From positions 1,216,001 to 1,280,000 of the forward strand of contig OZ253442.1 of NCBI GenBank assembly GCA_965261085.1: a stretch of 64,000 nucleotides of DNA, in the 5' to 3' direction. Below, one piece after another: positions 39,787-50,501 of the stretch (within the stretch, counting starts at the first letter, position 1; each line of letters starts with the position of its first letter). Source of the stretch: a bacterium. Lineage in GTDB: Bacteria; UBA8248. Under the pieces are notes generated by a model. It was not told the origin of the DNA. It did no database searches and saw only the letters and a program-made list of their open reading frames with translations. A program made the translations under genes and the position numbers.

Positions 39787-42036
39787 ATGAGCGAGCCGGG
39801 TGATTCCGCAGACGTTTTGGGCGCAGAGATCGACGAAGAATCCAAGCGGGCAGGGGAGGAAATCGCCGCAGAAGCTGAATCCGGCGGGCGGCAGCCCAAG
39901 AACCTCACGGCTTGGCTCGTCTCGGTTCTGGCGATCTCCTGGTCCTGTTTTCAGCTCTACATCGCCTACACCCCCCTGAACTCCATCATCGCCAGAAGCA
40001 TCCATCTCACCTTCGCCATCATGATGGTCTATCTGGCCTTCCCGGGGACGAAAAAGCCCGGTGAGAGTTGGGTTCAGCGCGTATCTCTCCAGCTTTTCCC
40101 CGGTTTCTTGCGGCCCCAGCGCTCCACGCGGGAGGTCATCCCCTGGTACGACTACGCGCTGGCGATCATCGCAGGCATGGGCGCGCTCTACATGGCCTGG
40201 GACTACGTGAACATCATCCAGCGCTCGGGCCTTCCCATTCAGCGCGACGTCATCATAGGGGCGATTCTCGTCGTTCTCCTGCTGGAAGCGGCGCGCCGCG
40301 CGCTCGGGCCCGCACTACCGATTCTCGCCATCCTATTCTTGCTTTATTGTTTCGTGGGTCCCTATATGCCCTCGTTCATCGCGCATCCGGGCATTCCGCT
40401 CGAATTCGTCGTGGACCACATGTATCTGAGCGACAGCGGCATCTGGGGCGTGCCCATCGGGGTGTCGACGAGCTTCGTGTTCCTCTTCGTGCTGTTCGGC
40501 TCCCTGCTCGACAAGGCGGGGGCGGCGAACTACTTCGTGCAGGTGGCCTTCGCGGCGCTGGGCCGCTTCAGGGGCGGACCCGCCAAGGCGGCCGTGGTCG
40601 CCTCAGGGATGACGGGTCTTGTTTCGGGCTCATCCATCGCGAACGTGGCGACGACGGGCACCTTCACGATTCCGCTGATGAAAAAAGTGGGCCTACCCGA
40701 CTACAAGGCGGGCGCCGTGGAGGTGGCCGCGAGCACGAACGGACAGCTCATGCCGCCGGTCATGGGCGCCGCCGCGTTCATCATGGCGGAATTTCTGGGT
40801 CTGGCCTATCTCGACGTGGTGCGCGCCGCCATACTGCCGGCCCTGCTCTCCTATATCGCCCTTTTCTACGTGGTTCACCTGGAAGCGCTCAAGCTCGACT
40901 TGAGGCCGCTCGAAGCGGATGAGTTGCCCGCTTTCTGGAACACGCTCATCAGCGGCATCCACTACGTCGTTCCCATCCTGGCTTTGATCTACACGCTGGT
41001 CATCCTGCGCATGTCGGCCGTGGCGTCCGCGTTCAACGCGATTCTGCTGACCATGGCGATCATCGTGGTTCAGCGTCCCATGCAAAACACCATCGCCGTC
41101 CTGCGCGACATGAAGCGGGAGAAGAACGTCGCCCACCTGCGCGAGCTATTCGGCGAAGCGCATTTCAATGAATTGGAAGATCGCCTCTGGTACGGGGTGC
41201 TCGCAGGCTTCGGCCAGAGCTTCGGCGACGTGTGGCAGGGCATGCTGGCGGGGGCCAAGAACATGATGGGCATCGGCGTGGCGACCGCGGCGGCGGGCAT
41301 CATCGTCGGCACCGTCACGCTCACCGGTCTCAGCGGCCGCTTCATCGAGCTTATTGAAATCGTTTCTCTGGGCAACGTGGTGCTCATGCTCCTGCTCACC
41401 GCGATATGCTCCCTCGTCCTGGGGATGGGACTGCCCACGACGGCGAACTACATCGTCATGGCGACGCTCACCGCGCCCGTCATCGTGAGCCTGGGCGCCA
41501 AGTCGGGCCTCGTGGTGCCGCTGCTCGCGGCCCATCTGTTCGTCTTTTATTTCGGCATCCTGGCCGACGATACGCCGCCCGTGGGTCTCGCCGCGTTCGC
41601 CGCCTCGGCGATAGCCAAGTCAGACCCCATCCAGACGGGCGTGCAGGGCTTCGTCTACGACTTGCGGACCGCCGTCCTACCGTTCGTGTTCATCTACAAC
41701 CTCGAGTTGTTGATGATGCAGGGGGTCGGCCCCAAGGGAGAGATCATCTGGATCAACGACGTGATGAAAATCGCCTGGGTGTGCTTTGTCTCCCTTGTGG
41801 CGATTTTCGCCTTCGCGTCTGCGCTTCAGGGTTATTTCGCCGATAATTGCAACTGGGGCGAGCGGGCGCTCTTGATGGTGGTGAGCATCGCGGCGTTCCG
41901 GCCCTCGCTCATAACGGGCTTCACGGGCGGGCCGCGCCCCGTCGTGCAGCTTCTGGCGGTGGCGGTGTTCGCCGCCTTGTACTGGTATCAGCACAGCAGG
42001 CGAAAAGGGCAAACGGCGCAGCCCGCGCCCGCCTGA
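39787..42036 (+). CDS. TRAP transporter fused permease (4TM/12TM)
   Basis: GGPAKAAV, GQLMPPVMGAAAF, GMGLPTTANY and DDTPPV motifs. Confidence 0.93.
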   Translation: MSEPGDSADVLGAEIDEESKRAGEEIAAEAESGGRQPKNLTAWLVSVLAISWSCFQLYIAYTPLNSIIARSIHLTFAIMMVYLAFPGTKKPGESWVQRVSLQLFPGFLRPQRSTREVIPWYDYALAIIAGMGALYMAWDYVNIIQRSGLPIQRDVIIGAILVVLLLEAARRALGPALPILAILFLLYCFVGPYMPSFIAHPGIPLEFVVDHMYLSDSGIWGVPIGVSTSFVFLFVLFGSLLDKAGAANYFVQVAFAALGRFRGGPAKAAVVASGMTGLVSGSSIANVATTGTFTIPLMKKVGLPDYKAGAVEVAASTNGQLMPPVMGAAAFIMAEFLGLAYLDVVRAAILPALLSYIALFYVVHLEALKLDLRPLEADELPAFWNTLISGIHYVVPILALIYTLVILRMSAVASAFNAILLTMAIIVVQRPMQNTIAVLRDMKREKNVAHLRELFGEAHFNELEDRLWYGVLAGFGQSFGDVWQGMLAGAKNMMGIGVATAAAGIIVGTVTLTGLSGRFIELIEIVSLGNVVLMLLLTAICSLVLGMGLPTTANYIVMATLTAPVIVSLGAKSGLVVPLLAAHLFVFYFGILADDTPPVGLAAFAASAIAKSDPIQTGVQGFVYDLRTAVLPFVFIYNLELLMMQGVGPKGEIIWINDVMKIAWVCFVSLVAIFAFASALQGYFADNCNWGERALLMVVSIAAFRPSLITGFTGGPRPVVQLLAVAVFAALYWYQHSRRKGQTAQPAPA

Positions 42037-42128
42037 CGCGCGTAGGCCTGTCGGCTCCCGTTCATTTCGGTTTTTCTCCCCTTTGGTTCCAGTGCGAGAA
42101 AGGGTTGTGGTACGCTAGGCCGCCTCAT

Positions 42129-42205
<77 letters not shown>

Positions 42206-42372
42206 TGTGAAATCCCCTCTATGATGCCCCTCCCAAGCCGAGAGGGAAGCGCTTCCTCAAATCGTGAAATTACCCCTTTCCGCACTGCGCAAACGCGATA
42301 AATTCTGATATCTTAGGGGCGGATGAATCTCCCTTATTCTTGAATCGTTGTATTTTTCACAGGAGCCTGTAC

Positions 42373-43560
42373 GTGCAGAATAATTCACTACCCCTTTCGC
42401 GTTTCAAGGTCCTGGATCTCACCCGCGCGCGGGCCGGCCCCACGGCGGTTCGCCAGTTCGCGGACTGGGGGGCGGACGTCATCAAGATAGAAGCGCCTCT
42501 CTCGAGCGGCTATGCGGACAACATGATGAATCCCCGGAGCGGCTATGAGGCGCAAAATCTGCACCGCAACAAAAGGGCCATGACGCTCAACCTGCGAGAG
42601 GAAAAGGGCCGCGAGATATTCTTCCGCATGGTGAAGGGCGCCGACGTCGTGATCGAAAACTACCGGCCCGACGTGAAGCACCGCCTGGGGGTGGATTACG
42701 AGGCCTGCCGCGCGGTCAACCCGCGCATCGTCTACGGGAGCATCTCCGGTTTCGGGCAGGAGGGGCCATACCGCACGCGGCCGGGGCTGGACCAGATAGC
42801 CCAGGGGCTGAGCGGCCTCATGTCCGTTACCGGAAAGCCGGGGGATGGCCCCATGCGGGTGGGCATCCCGATTGCCGACCTCTCCGCGGGCTTCATGCTC
42901 GCGCAGGGGCTTCTCATCGCCCTGCTCGAGCGCGAAGTATCCGGCGAGGGACAATGGGTTTATACATCGCTCCTCGAAGCCCAGATTCAGATGATGGACT
43001 TTCAGGCCGCCCGATATCTGCTATTCGAAGAGGTGCCCACACAGCAGGGAAACAACCACCCCACCTTTTTGCCTGCGGGCGTCTTCGAGACGGCCGACGG
43101 GCGAATCAACATCCAGTCCGGCCCCCAGCATCTCTGGGAGCGCCTCGCGCATGCCCTGGAAGTGCCCGAACTGCTTGAAAACCCCGACTATGCGAGCCTC
43201 GAGAAGCGCTACGAAAACCGCGAGGCGCTTCACGAGGCCATCGCGCGCCGGACGCGGACGAAGCCCGGGGCCGAGTGGATTGAGATCCTGAACGAGGCGG
43301 GAATCCCCTGCGGCCCCATCTACACGGTAGACCAGACGTTCGCCGACCCCCAGGTCAAGGGGCTGAACATGTCGCCCGAGGTGGAGCATCCCGAGATGGG
43401 GCCCATAAAAATCGTGGGCCAGGCGGTGAAGCTTGCGCGAACGCCGCAGAAGATGCGCAACGCGGCGCCCGAGTTGGGGGCGCATACGGAAGAGATTTTG
43501 AAGGAAATGGGCTACGATGCGGAATCGATAGATCAATTGCGAGATGAGGGCATCGTCTGA
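42373..43560 (+). CDS. CaiB/BaiF family III CoA-transferase
   Basis: VLDLTRARAGP, GADVIKIE, HRNKR, ENYRP and catalytic Asp in PIADL. Confidence 0.92.
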   Translation: MQNNSLPLSRFKVLDLTRARAGPTAVRQFADWGADVIKIEAPLSSGYADNMMNPRSGYEAQNLHRNKRAMTLNLREEKGREIFFRMVKGADVVIENYRPDVKHRLGVDYEACRAVNPRIVYGSISGFGQEGPYRTRPGLDQIAQGLSGLMSVTGKPGDGPMRVGIPIADLSAGFMLAQGLLIALLEREVSGEGQWVYTSLLEAQIQMMDFQAARYLLFEEVPTQQGNNHPTFLPAGVFETADGRINIQSGPQHLWERLAHALEVPELLENPDYASLEKRYENREALHEAIARRTRTKPGAEWIEILNEAGIPCGPIYTVDQTFADPQVKGLNMSPEVEHPEMGPIKIVGQAVKLARTPQKMRNAAPELGAHTEEILKEMGYDAESIDQLRDEGIV

Positions 43561-43603
43561 AAACAATCCTGCCCCCTCGGGGGCGCAGCGTATGGAGCAT
43601 GGA

Positions 43604-44398
43604 ATGCAGTTATCGACGGAGAAAATGGCTTGCGAGGTGGATGGTGGAATCGGCTGGATGATCTTCAACAACCCCGAGCGGAGAAACGCGCTCTCGCTCG
43701 AGATGTGGGGGGCCATCGCCGAGATACTCGAAAATTTCGAGGCCGACGACGCCGTCCGTGTCGTGGTGATGAAGGGCTCAGGCGATAAGGCGTTCGTATC
43801 GGGCGCGGACATCTCGCAGTTCGCTAAAAACAGGAGCAACGCCGAGCAGGCCGCCGAGTACACGCGGATATCGGAAGAGGCCAAAGAGATCATGGTGGGG
43901 ATGAAAAAGCCTCTGATCGCCATGATCCAGGGCTATTGCCTGGGTGGCGGGCTGGGCATCGCGCTGAACGCCGACATCCGGGTGGCGTCTGATGATTCGC
44001 AGTTCGGCATCCCCGCCGGGCGTCTGGGCATCGCCTATGGTTTTGACAACTTGAAGCAGCTCGTCGATTTGGTGGGACCCGCGAAGGCGAAGGAGATTCT
44101 CTTCACCGCCCGGCGCATCCCGGCGGCGAAAGCGCTTGAGATCGGGCTGTTGAACGACGTCACACCCGTGGATGAACTGGAGGATTTCGTGGTGGATATG
44201 GCTTCCACCATCGCGAACAACGCGCCGCTTTCGATCAAGGCGTCCAAGCTCACCATCGGCGAGGTGGTGAAAGACGGCGCGGATCGCGATTTCGAGACGA
44301 TCGCCAGAATCTCGAAAGAATGCTTCGACAGCGCCGACTACAAAGAGGGCCGCACGGCGTTCATGGAGAAGAGAAAGCCCGTCTTCACGGGCAGATAA
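43604..44398 (+). CDS. Enoyl-CoA hydratase/isomerase (crotonase family)
   Basis: NPERRNAL, AFVSGADI, GYCLGGG and EGRTAFMEKRKP motifs. Confidence 0.92.
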   Translation: MQLSTEKMACEVDGGIGWMIFNNPERRNALSLEMWGAIAEILENFEADDAVRVVVMKGSGDKAFVSGADISQFAKNRSNAEQAAEYTRISEEAKEIMVGMKKPLIAMIQGYCLGGGLGIALNADIRVASDDSQFGIPAGRLGIAYGFDNLKQLVDLVGPAKAKEILFTARRIPAAKALEIGLLNDVTPVDELEDFVVDMASTIANNAPLSIKASKLTIGEVVKDGADRDFETIARISKECFDSADYKEGRTAFMEKRKPVFTGR

Positions 44399-44422
44399 GA
44401 AGGCTTGAGCCTGGAGAATCCG

Positions 44423-45028
44423 ATGAACGAGGAGATATTCACCGGCATCATCTCCCCCGCAGGCATTCCCAGAATACCGGATGAGGCTCTGAAACCCAGA
44501 CCCGAGACGTTAGAGGGTGCGACTCTCGGTATCCTGGAGAACAACAAGGAATTCTCCGACTGGGTGCTGGACAGGGTGCGCGACCGGCTTCGGACGTCCT
44601 TTGAAATCACCGAAGTCGTCCAGCGCCGCAAGCACCATCTCGCCCAGTCGGCATCCCCTGAAATCCTGGAGGAGTTGAACGCGCGCTGCGACGCCGTTCT
44701 GGTCGGCGTGGGGCACTGAGGCTCCTCCACGTCGTGGAGTGTCCGCGACGCGGTGGAGCTTGAGAGGCTGGGAAGCCCCGCCTGCGTCATCGTGAGCCGG
44801 GGCTTCAGCCATAGTGGCCGCGCGATAGCGAGAAGGCAGGGCTACGGCGGCCTGCCCATCGTCGAGATGGACCATCCCCTCGCTGCACCTGAGAGAGAGG
44901 CGCTTCACCCCAAGGCGGACGCCATAGTGGAAGAAGTCGTCCACGCGCTCACGGCGGATGCGGGAGAGCTCCAGGCCGAATACAGGGTGAAGAAATTCAA
45001 AGGCCCCCGGAATCTTTGCCCGAAATAG
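44423..45028 (+). CDS. UGSC-family selenoprotein (in-frame TGA 44717-44719; UGSS variant)
   Basis: ORFs 44405..44719 and 44753..45028 are in frame and read CDAVLVGVGH-TGA-GSSTSWSVRDAVELERLG. A hairpin follows the TGA. Confidence 0.82.
44725..44758 (+). promoter_or_regulatory. Candidate bacterial SECIS hairpin
   Basis: CTCCAC[GTCGTGGA-GTG-TCCGCGAC]GCG-GTGGAG, a nested stem just after the TGA. Confidence 0.55.
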
Positions 45029-45041
45029 GGGGAGGTGGAGC

Positions 45042-46115
45042 TTGGCCGAAAACGTCGAAAACCCCTCCGCGGAAGCGGGCAGGCGGGTTCTGCCTATCAC
45101 CGGCTCCCTCGATGAGGTAAACGCCTATTTCTACGAACGCGGCTGGACGGACGGGCTGCCCATCGTCCCGCCGACTCACGAGCGCGTGGAGCATCTGCTC
45201 GGCGGCCGGCCGGGGGAGCCGGACGAGGAAATCGCCGAGGTTCCTCCCCTGATGGGAGTGGCGACGGTCCGCGCGGTCGCTGTGAACGCCGTGATGGCGG
45301 GCTGTGCGCCCGAGTATCTGCCCGTCGTCGTCACAGCCGTCTCGGCCATCACCAAGCCGCGCTATGGCCTCAGCCACCGGCAGACGACGACGCACCCCGC
45401 CACCGCGCTCATCATCGTGAACGGCCCCATCGCAAGGCGTCTCAGGATAAACTCCGGCTCGGGCCTTTTCGGCCCCGGGTGGCGGGCGAACGCGACGATA
45501 GGCCGCGCGCTCAGGCTCTGCCTCATCAACCTGGGCGGAGCGATTCCCGGCGAGGTGGACCGCGCCCAGCACGCCCATCCCGGCAAATACACCTACTGCA
45601 TCGCCGAGAATGAAGACGCGAACCCCTGGGATCCTTATCACGTGGAGCGCGGCTTCGCGCGCGATGAGAGCACCGTAACGCTCATGTGCGGCGAGTCGCC
45701 CCACTGCATCACGGACAACTACAATACCGACCCCCACGCGCTTCTCTTCGGCTATGCGGACTCGATGGCGACGCTGGGCGGGAACAATCTCTCCTCCCAG
45801 GGAGAGCCCGTGCTCGTCATGGCGCCCGAGCACGCCGCCTATATCGCGCGGGCGGGCTGGAGCAAGGCGGACGTGAAGCGCTACCTCTTCGAGAAGGCGA
45901 GAAAGCCCTGGAAGCACGTGGGCGTTCGCGGAAAATCGAAAGGCCCCACCTTTCCCGTCTGGGTCGACAGAACGAACCCCGAAGCCTCCGTGCCCATCCT
46001 CACCCACGCGGACGCCCTCATCCTCATCATCGGGGGAGGCGAGGGACAAAAATCCATGTGGATTCCCACCCCCGGCGCGCAGACGCTGAGCGTCATCGAG
46101 AAAATCCGGGAGTAG
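45042..46115 (+). CDS. Conserved partner protein of UGSC-family proteins (function unknown)
   Basis: GWTDGLPIVPPT, AVNAVMAGC, RANATIGRA and ENE...W motifs. GGAGG RBS. Confidence 0.75.
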   Translation: MAENVENPSAEAGRRVLPITGSLDEVNAYFYERGWTDGLPIVPPTHERVEHLLGGRPGEPDEEIAEVPPLMGVATVRAVAVNAVMAGCAPEYLPVVVTAVSAITKPRYGLSHRQTTTHPATALIIVNGPIARRLRINSGSGLFGPGWRANATIGRALRLCLINLGGAIPGEVDRAQHAHPGKYTYCIAENEDANPWDPYHVERGFARDESTVTLMCGESPHCITDNYNTDPHALLFGYADSMATLGGNNLSSQGEPVLVMAPEHAAYIARAGWSKADVKRYLFEKARKPWKHVGVRGKSKGPTFPVWVDRTNPEASVPILTHADALILIIGGGEGQKSMWIPTPGAQTLSVIEKIRE

Positions 46116-46155
46116 GGGAGAGTTTGTGGTAGTGCAAGTCTGGATATAGAAATAC

Positions 46156-46184
46156 TTGCACGGATGTATTCTGCAGGATACAAT
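46156..46184 (+). promoter_or_regulatory. Toxin-antitoxin promoter with an overlapping palindromic operator
   Basis: TTGCAC-17bp-TACAAT, overlapped by TGTATTCTGCAGGATACA (46165-46182). Confidence 0.7.
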
Positions 46185-46190
46185 TAGATA

Positions 46191-46481
46191 GTGGTAGAGG
46201 TTCGCCAAACCGATCAATATGCCCGATGGTTCGAGAGGCTTCGAGACGGGCGAGCAAAGGCGCGCATCAACACTCGCATCAGACGGTTGTCATTGGGCAA
46301 TCCCGGAGATGTGCGGGCGGTCGGGGGAGGGGTCTCGGAGCTTCGGGTCGACTATGGGCCCGGCTATCGCATTTACTTCGTGCAGCAAGGACAATCCTTG
46401 GTGCTCCTGCGGGCCGGAGGGGATAAAAGCACTCAAGCTCGTGATATCCAAAGGGCGAGGAATCTGGCGAGAGAGTTATAG
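46191..46481 (+). CDS. Addiction-module killer protein (RelE/ParE-type toxin)
   Basis: GNPGD...GVSELRVDYGPGYRIYF...GGDKSTQ. Confidence 0.9.
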   Translation: MVEVRQTDQYARWFERLRDGRAKARINTRIRRLSLGNPGDVRAVGGGVSELRVDYGPGYRIYFVQQGQSLVLLRAGGDKSTQARDIQRARNLAREL

Positions 46482-46487
46482 GGGTTT

Positions 46488-46775
46488 GTGATGGCGAAGA
46501 CGAAGACCAAGCCATGGGATGCGGCGGAGCACCTTGAGACCAAAGAGGATATCGCTCTCTATCTCGAGGCGGCTTTCGAGGATGGCGATCCGGCGCTCAT
46601 CGCGGCGGCATTGGGCGACGCTGCGAGGGCCAAGGGGATGACAAAAGTCGCCGCCGAAGCCGGTTTGGGCAGGGAGAGTCTCTACAAGGCGCTCTCGCCC
46701 AAGGGGAATCCCGAGTTCGCCACCATTCTCAAGGTCATTCGCGCCCTGGGTTTGCGGCTTCGCGCATCCGCTTGA
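46488..46775 (+). CDS. Addiction-module antidote protein (HTH)
   Basis: WDAAEHL...ALGDAARAKGM...RESLYKALS...GNPEF. Confidence 0.9.
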   Translation: MMAKTKTKPWDAAEHLETKEDIALYLEAAFEDGDPALIAAALGDAARAKGMTKVAAEAGLGRESLYKALSPKGNPEFATILKVIRALGLRLRASA

Positions 46776-47004
46776 GCGCCCGGCAACGATTTTATGGGCT
46801 CCGGGCGGGTATGCCGGTACGCCCCCTCCAATCCATATGCAGCTTGATGAATGCCTTATCCACCCCGCTGGCCAAAGATTTCATAAAAAAAAGGTTGTGA
46901 GAAAATCCCCATCATGTTATTTTTTATTTCCACATTTGCGACACGCCAGAGGACGTTTCTATATTTTCTTGATGCCCACGAGGGCCCACGAGGGAGACAT
47001 TGCG

Positions 47005-48030
47005 ATGAAACAGTACTTATCCACCGTAGTATGCGCGATTGTTGTCTTGGTATTGACTGCAAGCGCCGCGTTCGCCGCCAGCGCGACGCTGGAGACGGTG
47101 AAAAAGCGCGGCAATCTCATTTGCGGCGTCAACACCGGCCTCACGGGCTTCTCCTCGCCCGACGACAAGGGCGTCTGGAGAGGTTTCGACGTCGATTACT
47201 GCCGCGCCGTCAGCGCCGCTGTTTTCGGCAATCCCGACAAGGTGACCTACAAGCCGCTGACCGGTAAGACGCGCTTCCCGGCGCTTCAATCGGGTGAAAT
47301 CGACGTTCTCTCCCGCAACACGACGTGGACCTTCAAGCGCGACGTGAACCTGGGCTTCGAGTTCGTCGGCGTGCTGTATTACGACGGGCAGGGCTTCATC
47401 ACCCGCAAGTCCCTCGGCCTCAAGAGCGCCAAGGAGCTCGACGGCTCTTCGGTCTGCATTCAGACGGGCACCACGACCGAACTCAATCTGGCCGACTATT
47501 TCCGCAGCAACAAGATGAAGTTCAAATCGGTCGTCGTCGAGGACGCGGCCGAGGCGCGCCAGAACTACGCCGCCAACCGCTGCGACGCCTACACGACGGA
47601 CCGCTCCGGCCTCGCGGCCCAGCGCTCCGTGCTCAAGAACCCGGACGCGCACGTGGTCCTGCCCGAAATCATCTCGAAGGAGCCCCTCGGCCCCGTCGTG
47701 CGCCACGGCGACAACGTATGGGGCGACATCGCCCGCTGGGTGCGCAACGCGCTCATCGTCGCCGAGGAACTCGGCCTCACTTCCAAGAACGTCGACGCCA
47801 TGAAGAAATCGAACAACCCCGAGATCAAGCGCTTTCTCGGTCAGGAAGGCGACTTGGGCAGCATGCTCGGCCTCTCGAAGGACTGGGCCTACAACGTCAT
47901 CAAGGGCGTGGGCAACTACTCCGAGATCTACGAGCGCCACATCGGCCCCAAGACGGCCATCGGCCTCGCGCGCGGCTACAACAACCTGTGGACGAACGGC
48001 GGCATTCTCTACTCGCCTCCGTTCCGCTAG
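47005..48030 (+). CDS. aapJ: General L-amino acid ABC substrate-binding protein
   Basis: GFDVDYCRA, LSRNTTWT, GTTTELN, ISKEPLGP and YSPPFR motifs. Confidence 0.92.
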   Translation: MKQYLSTVVCAIVVLVLTASAAFAASATLETVKKRGNLICGVNTGLTGFSSPDDKGVWRGFDVDYCRAVSAAVFGNPDKVTYKPLTGKTRFPALQSGEIDVLSRNTTWTFKRDVNLGFEFVGVLYYDGQGFITRKSLGLKSAKELDGSSVCIQTGTTTELNLADYFRSNKMKFKSVVVEDAAEARQNYAANRCDAYTTDRSGLAAQRSVLKNPDAHVVLPEIISKEPLGPVVRHGDNVWGDIARWVRNALIVAEELGLTSKNVDAMKKSNNPEIKRFLGQEGDLGSMLGLSKDWAYNVIKGVGNYSEIYERHIGPKTAIGLARGYNNLWTNGGILYSPPFR

Positions 48031-48149
48031 GCTGCTTCTGCAACCGGTAACATGAACCCGCTCCGGCCTCGGGGATTTCCCCGGGGCCGGGCGGCGCGTT
48101 CTCGAAGCAAAGATACCGCGCCGGCGACTTCGCACTCCGGGGGCTCGAT

Positions 48150-49349
48150 ATGGCGGTAGACTCTCAAGACGGCGGCGGACGGCCAAGCGCCGCCCGCTGG
48201 TGGTATGACCCCAAAGTCCGGGCGATCGCGTTCCAGGTCGCCTTCGTGCTGACCCTCATCGGCCTTGGCGTCTACCTGATCCACAACACGATCATCAATC
48301 TCGAGAAACGCAACATCAAGGCGGGGTTCGATTTCCTCAATAGCCCGGCGGGCTTCGAGATTCCGCTCACGCTCATCCCCTACTCCGTCGAGGCGGGCTC
48401 GACCCACGGCGCGGTCTTCATCGTCGGCCTGCTGAACACGCTCCTGATTTCGGTCTTAGGGATCGTGCTGGCGACGATTCTGGGTTTTATTCTCGGCGTA
48501 CTCAGGCTCTCGAACAACTGGCTGGTCTCGCGTCTGGTGGGGGTCTATATCGAGAGCGTGCGCAACGTGCCGCTACTGCTGCAATTTTTGTTCTGGCACT
48601 TCGCCGTCTTTCAGTCGCTTCCCCTGGTGCGCCAGGCGATACCGCCGTTCGGTACGATTTTTATCCACAACCGCGGCCTCACGATACCGAAGCCGCTCCC
48701 GCAGCCGGGCTTCTGGGTGGTCGCGCTCTCGGTCGTACTCGCCGTCGCGGGGATTCTCTATCTCAAAAAATGGGCGCGCAGACGCCAGGACGCGACCGGG
48801 GAGCAGTTCCCCGTGTTCTGGGCGTCGCTCGGCGTACTGATAGGCGCGCCGCTGCTCGCCTCGGTTGCGACCGGTTTTCCGCTGGCCTGGGAATACCCCG
48901 AACTGGGCCGGTTCCGCTTCACGGGCGGCCTCGAAATCCAGATAGAACTGTTCGCTTCGCTGGCCGCGCTCACGGTCTACACGTCTTCGTTCATCGCCGA
49001 AATCGTCCGCGCCGGCATTCTCGCCGTCTCGCGCGGCCAGCAGGAAGCCGCCTATTCGCTGGGGGTGCGGCCGGCGCCGACGCTCAAGCTCGTCATCATT
49101 CCCCAGGCGCTCCGGGTCATCGTGCCGCCGCTGGTGAGCCAGTACCTGAACCTGATGAAAAACTCCTCGCTCGGCATCGCCATCGGCTATCCCGATCTGT
49201 TCAACGTCTTCGGCGGCATCTCGCTGAACCAGACCGGCCAGGCCATCGAGATTATCGCCATGTGCGTGGTGGTGTATCTCACCTTCAGTATGCTGATATC
49301 GCTCTACATGAACTGGTACAACCGGCGCATATCGCTGGTGGAGAGATGA
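48150..49349 (+). CDS. aapQ: Amino acid ABC permease
   Basis: GLLNTL, RNVPLLLQ, AEIVRAGI and KNSSL motifs. Confidence 0.9.
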   Translation: MAVDSQDGGGRPSAARWWYDPKVRAIAFQVAFVLTLIGLGVYLIHNTIINLEKRNIKAGFDFLNSPAGFEIPLTLIPYSVEAGSTHGAVFIVGLLNTLLISVLGIVLATILGFILGVLRLSNNWLVSRLVGVYIESVRNVPLLLQFLFWHFAVFQSLPLVRQAIPPFGTIFIHNRGLTIPKPLPQPGFWVVALSVVLAVAGILYLKKWARRRQDATGEQFPVFWASLGVLIGAPLLASVATGFPLAWEYPELGRFRFTGGLEIQIELFASLAALTVYTSSFIAEIVRAGILAVSRGQQEAAYSLGVRPAPTLKLVIIPQALRVIVPPLVSQYLNLMKNSSLGIAIGYPDLFNVFGGISLNQTGQAIEIIAMCVVVYLTFSMLISLYMNWYNRRISLVER

Positions 49350-49353
49350 GGCC

Positions 49354-50484
49354 ATGAGCGATATCGCGAAAAATCCGGACAGAAGTTTCGTTCGCACCGA
49401 AGACGTCCCGCAGGCGGCGCCGCCGATCTCGACCGCGGGCGTAGCCGGCTGGCTGCGGACGAACCTTTTCTCCTCGCCAGCCAATACGGCGCTCACGCTG
49501 CTGACGATTTATTTCCTCTATCTGGTCGTGCCGCCGCTGTTCGAGTGGGTCTTCGTCAACTCGCTCTGGGAAGGGGAGTCGAACAAGGATTGCCGGGGGA
49601 TTGAGGGCGCCTGCTGGGTTCTGATACCGAAACGATTCGGGCAGTACATCTACGGCTTCTACCCCGAGCCCGAGCGCTGGCGGGTGAACCTCACCTTCAT
49701 CCTGTTCTGCATCAATCTCTTGCCGGTGCTATCGGACAGGGTGCCGGGCCGCACCTTCGCAGCGCTTTTCCTCGTCTTCGGTTTTCCGATTATCGCCTTC
49801 GTTCTGCTCCACGGCGCTTTCGGCTTGGAAGTGGTGCCGACGCACAAGTGGGGCGGCCTGACGCTCACCCTCGTGTTCGCCTCTGTCGCCATCCTGTTCT
49901 CCTTGCCGATCGGGGTTCTGCTCGCGCTCGGGCGGCGCTCGGAGATGCCCGTCATCCGCACGATCTGCATCGCCTTCATCGAGCTCTGGCGCTCGGTGCC
50001 GCTCATCACGGTGCTCTTCATGGCCTCTTTCATGCTGCCGCTGTTCACGCCCGAGGGGGTGAACGCCAACGAACTGCTGCGCGCCCTGATAGGGTTCATC
50101 ATGTTCGCATCCGCCTATATGGCCGAGGTCGTACGCGGAGGCCTGCAGGCCCTGCCGAAGGGCCAGATCGAGGCGGCCCAGGCGCTGGGGCTGAACTACT
50201 TGAAGTCGATGCAGCTCATCATCCTGCCCCAAGCGCTCAAGATAGTGATTCCGGGCATCGTCAACACCTTCATCGGCCTGTTCAAGGATACCGCCCTGGT
50301 CTCGATCATCGGGCTGTTCGACTTGCTGCTCGTGGCCCGCTCCTCGGTGACGGACCCCAAATGGCTGGGCCTGGAGCATGAATCCTACATCTTCGCGGCT
50401 CTCATCTATTTCATATTCTGCTTCAGCATGTCGCGCTACAGCCTGTGGCTCGAGCGCAAGCTCGACACGGGCCACCAAAATTAA
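49354..50484 (+). CDS. aapM: Amino acid ABC permease
   Basis: [20 protein letters not shown] and FKDT motifs. Confidence 0.9.
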   Translation: MSDIAKNPDRSFVRTEDVPQAAPPISTAGVAGWLRTNLFSSPANTALTLLTIYFLYLVVPPLFEWVFVNSLWEGESNKDCRGIEGACWVLIPKRFGQYIYGFYPEPERWRVNLTFILFCINLLPVLSDRVPGRTFAALFLVFGFPIIAFVLLHGAFGLEVVPTHKWGGLTLTLVFASVAILFSLPIGVLLALGRRSEMPVIRTICIAFIELWRSVPLITVLFMASFMLPLFTPEGVNANELLRALIGFIMFASAYMAEVVRGGLQALPKGQIEAAQALGLNYLKSMQLIILPQALKIVIPGIVNTFIGLFKDTALVSIIGLFDLLLVARSSVTDPKWLGLEHESYIFAALIYFIFCFSMSRYSLWLERKLDTGHQN

Positions 50485-50501
50485 GCGGGAGGAACCGATC
50501 C

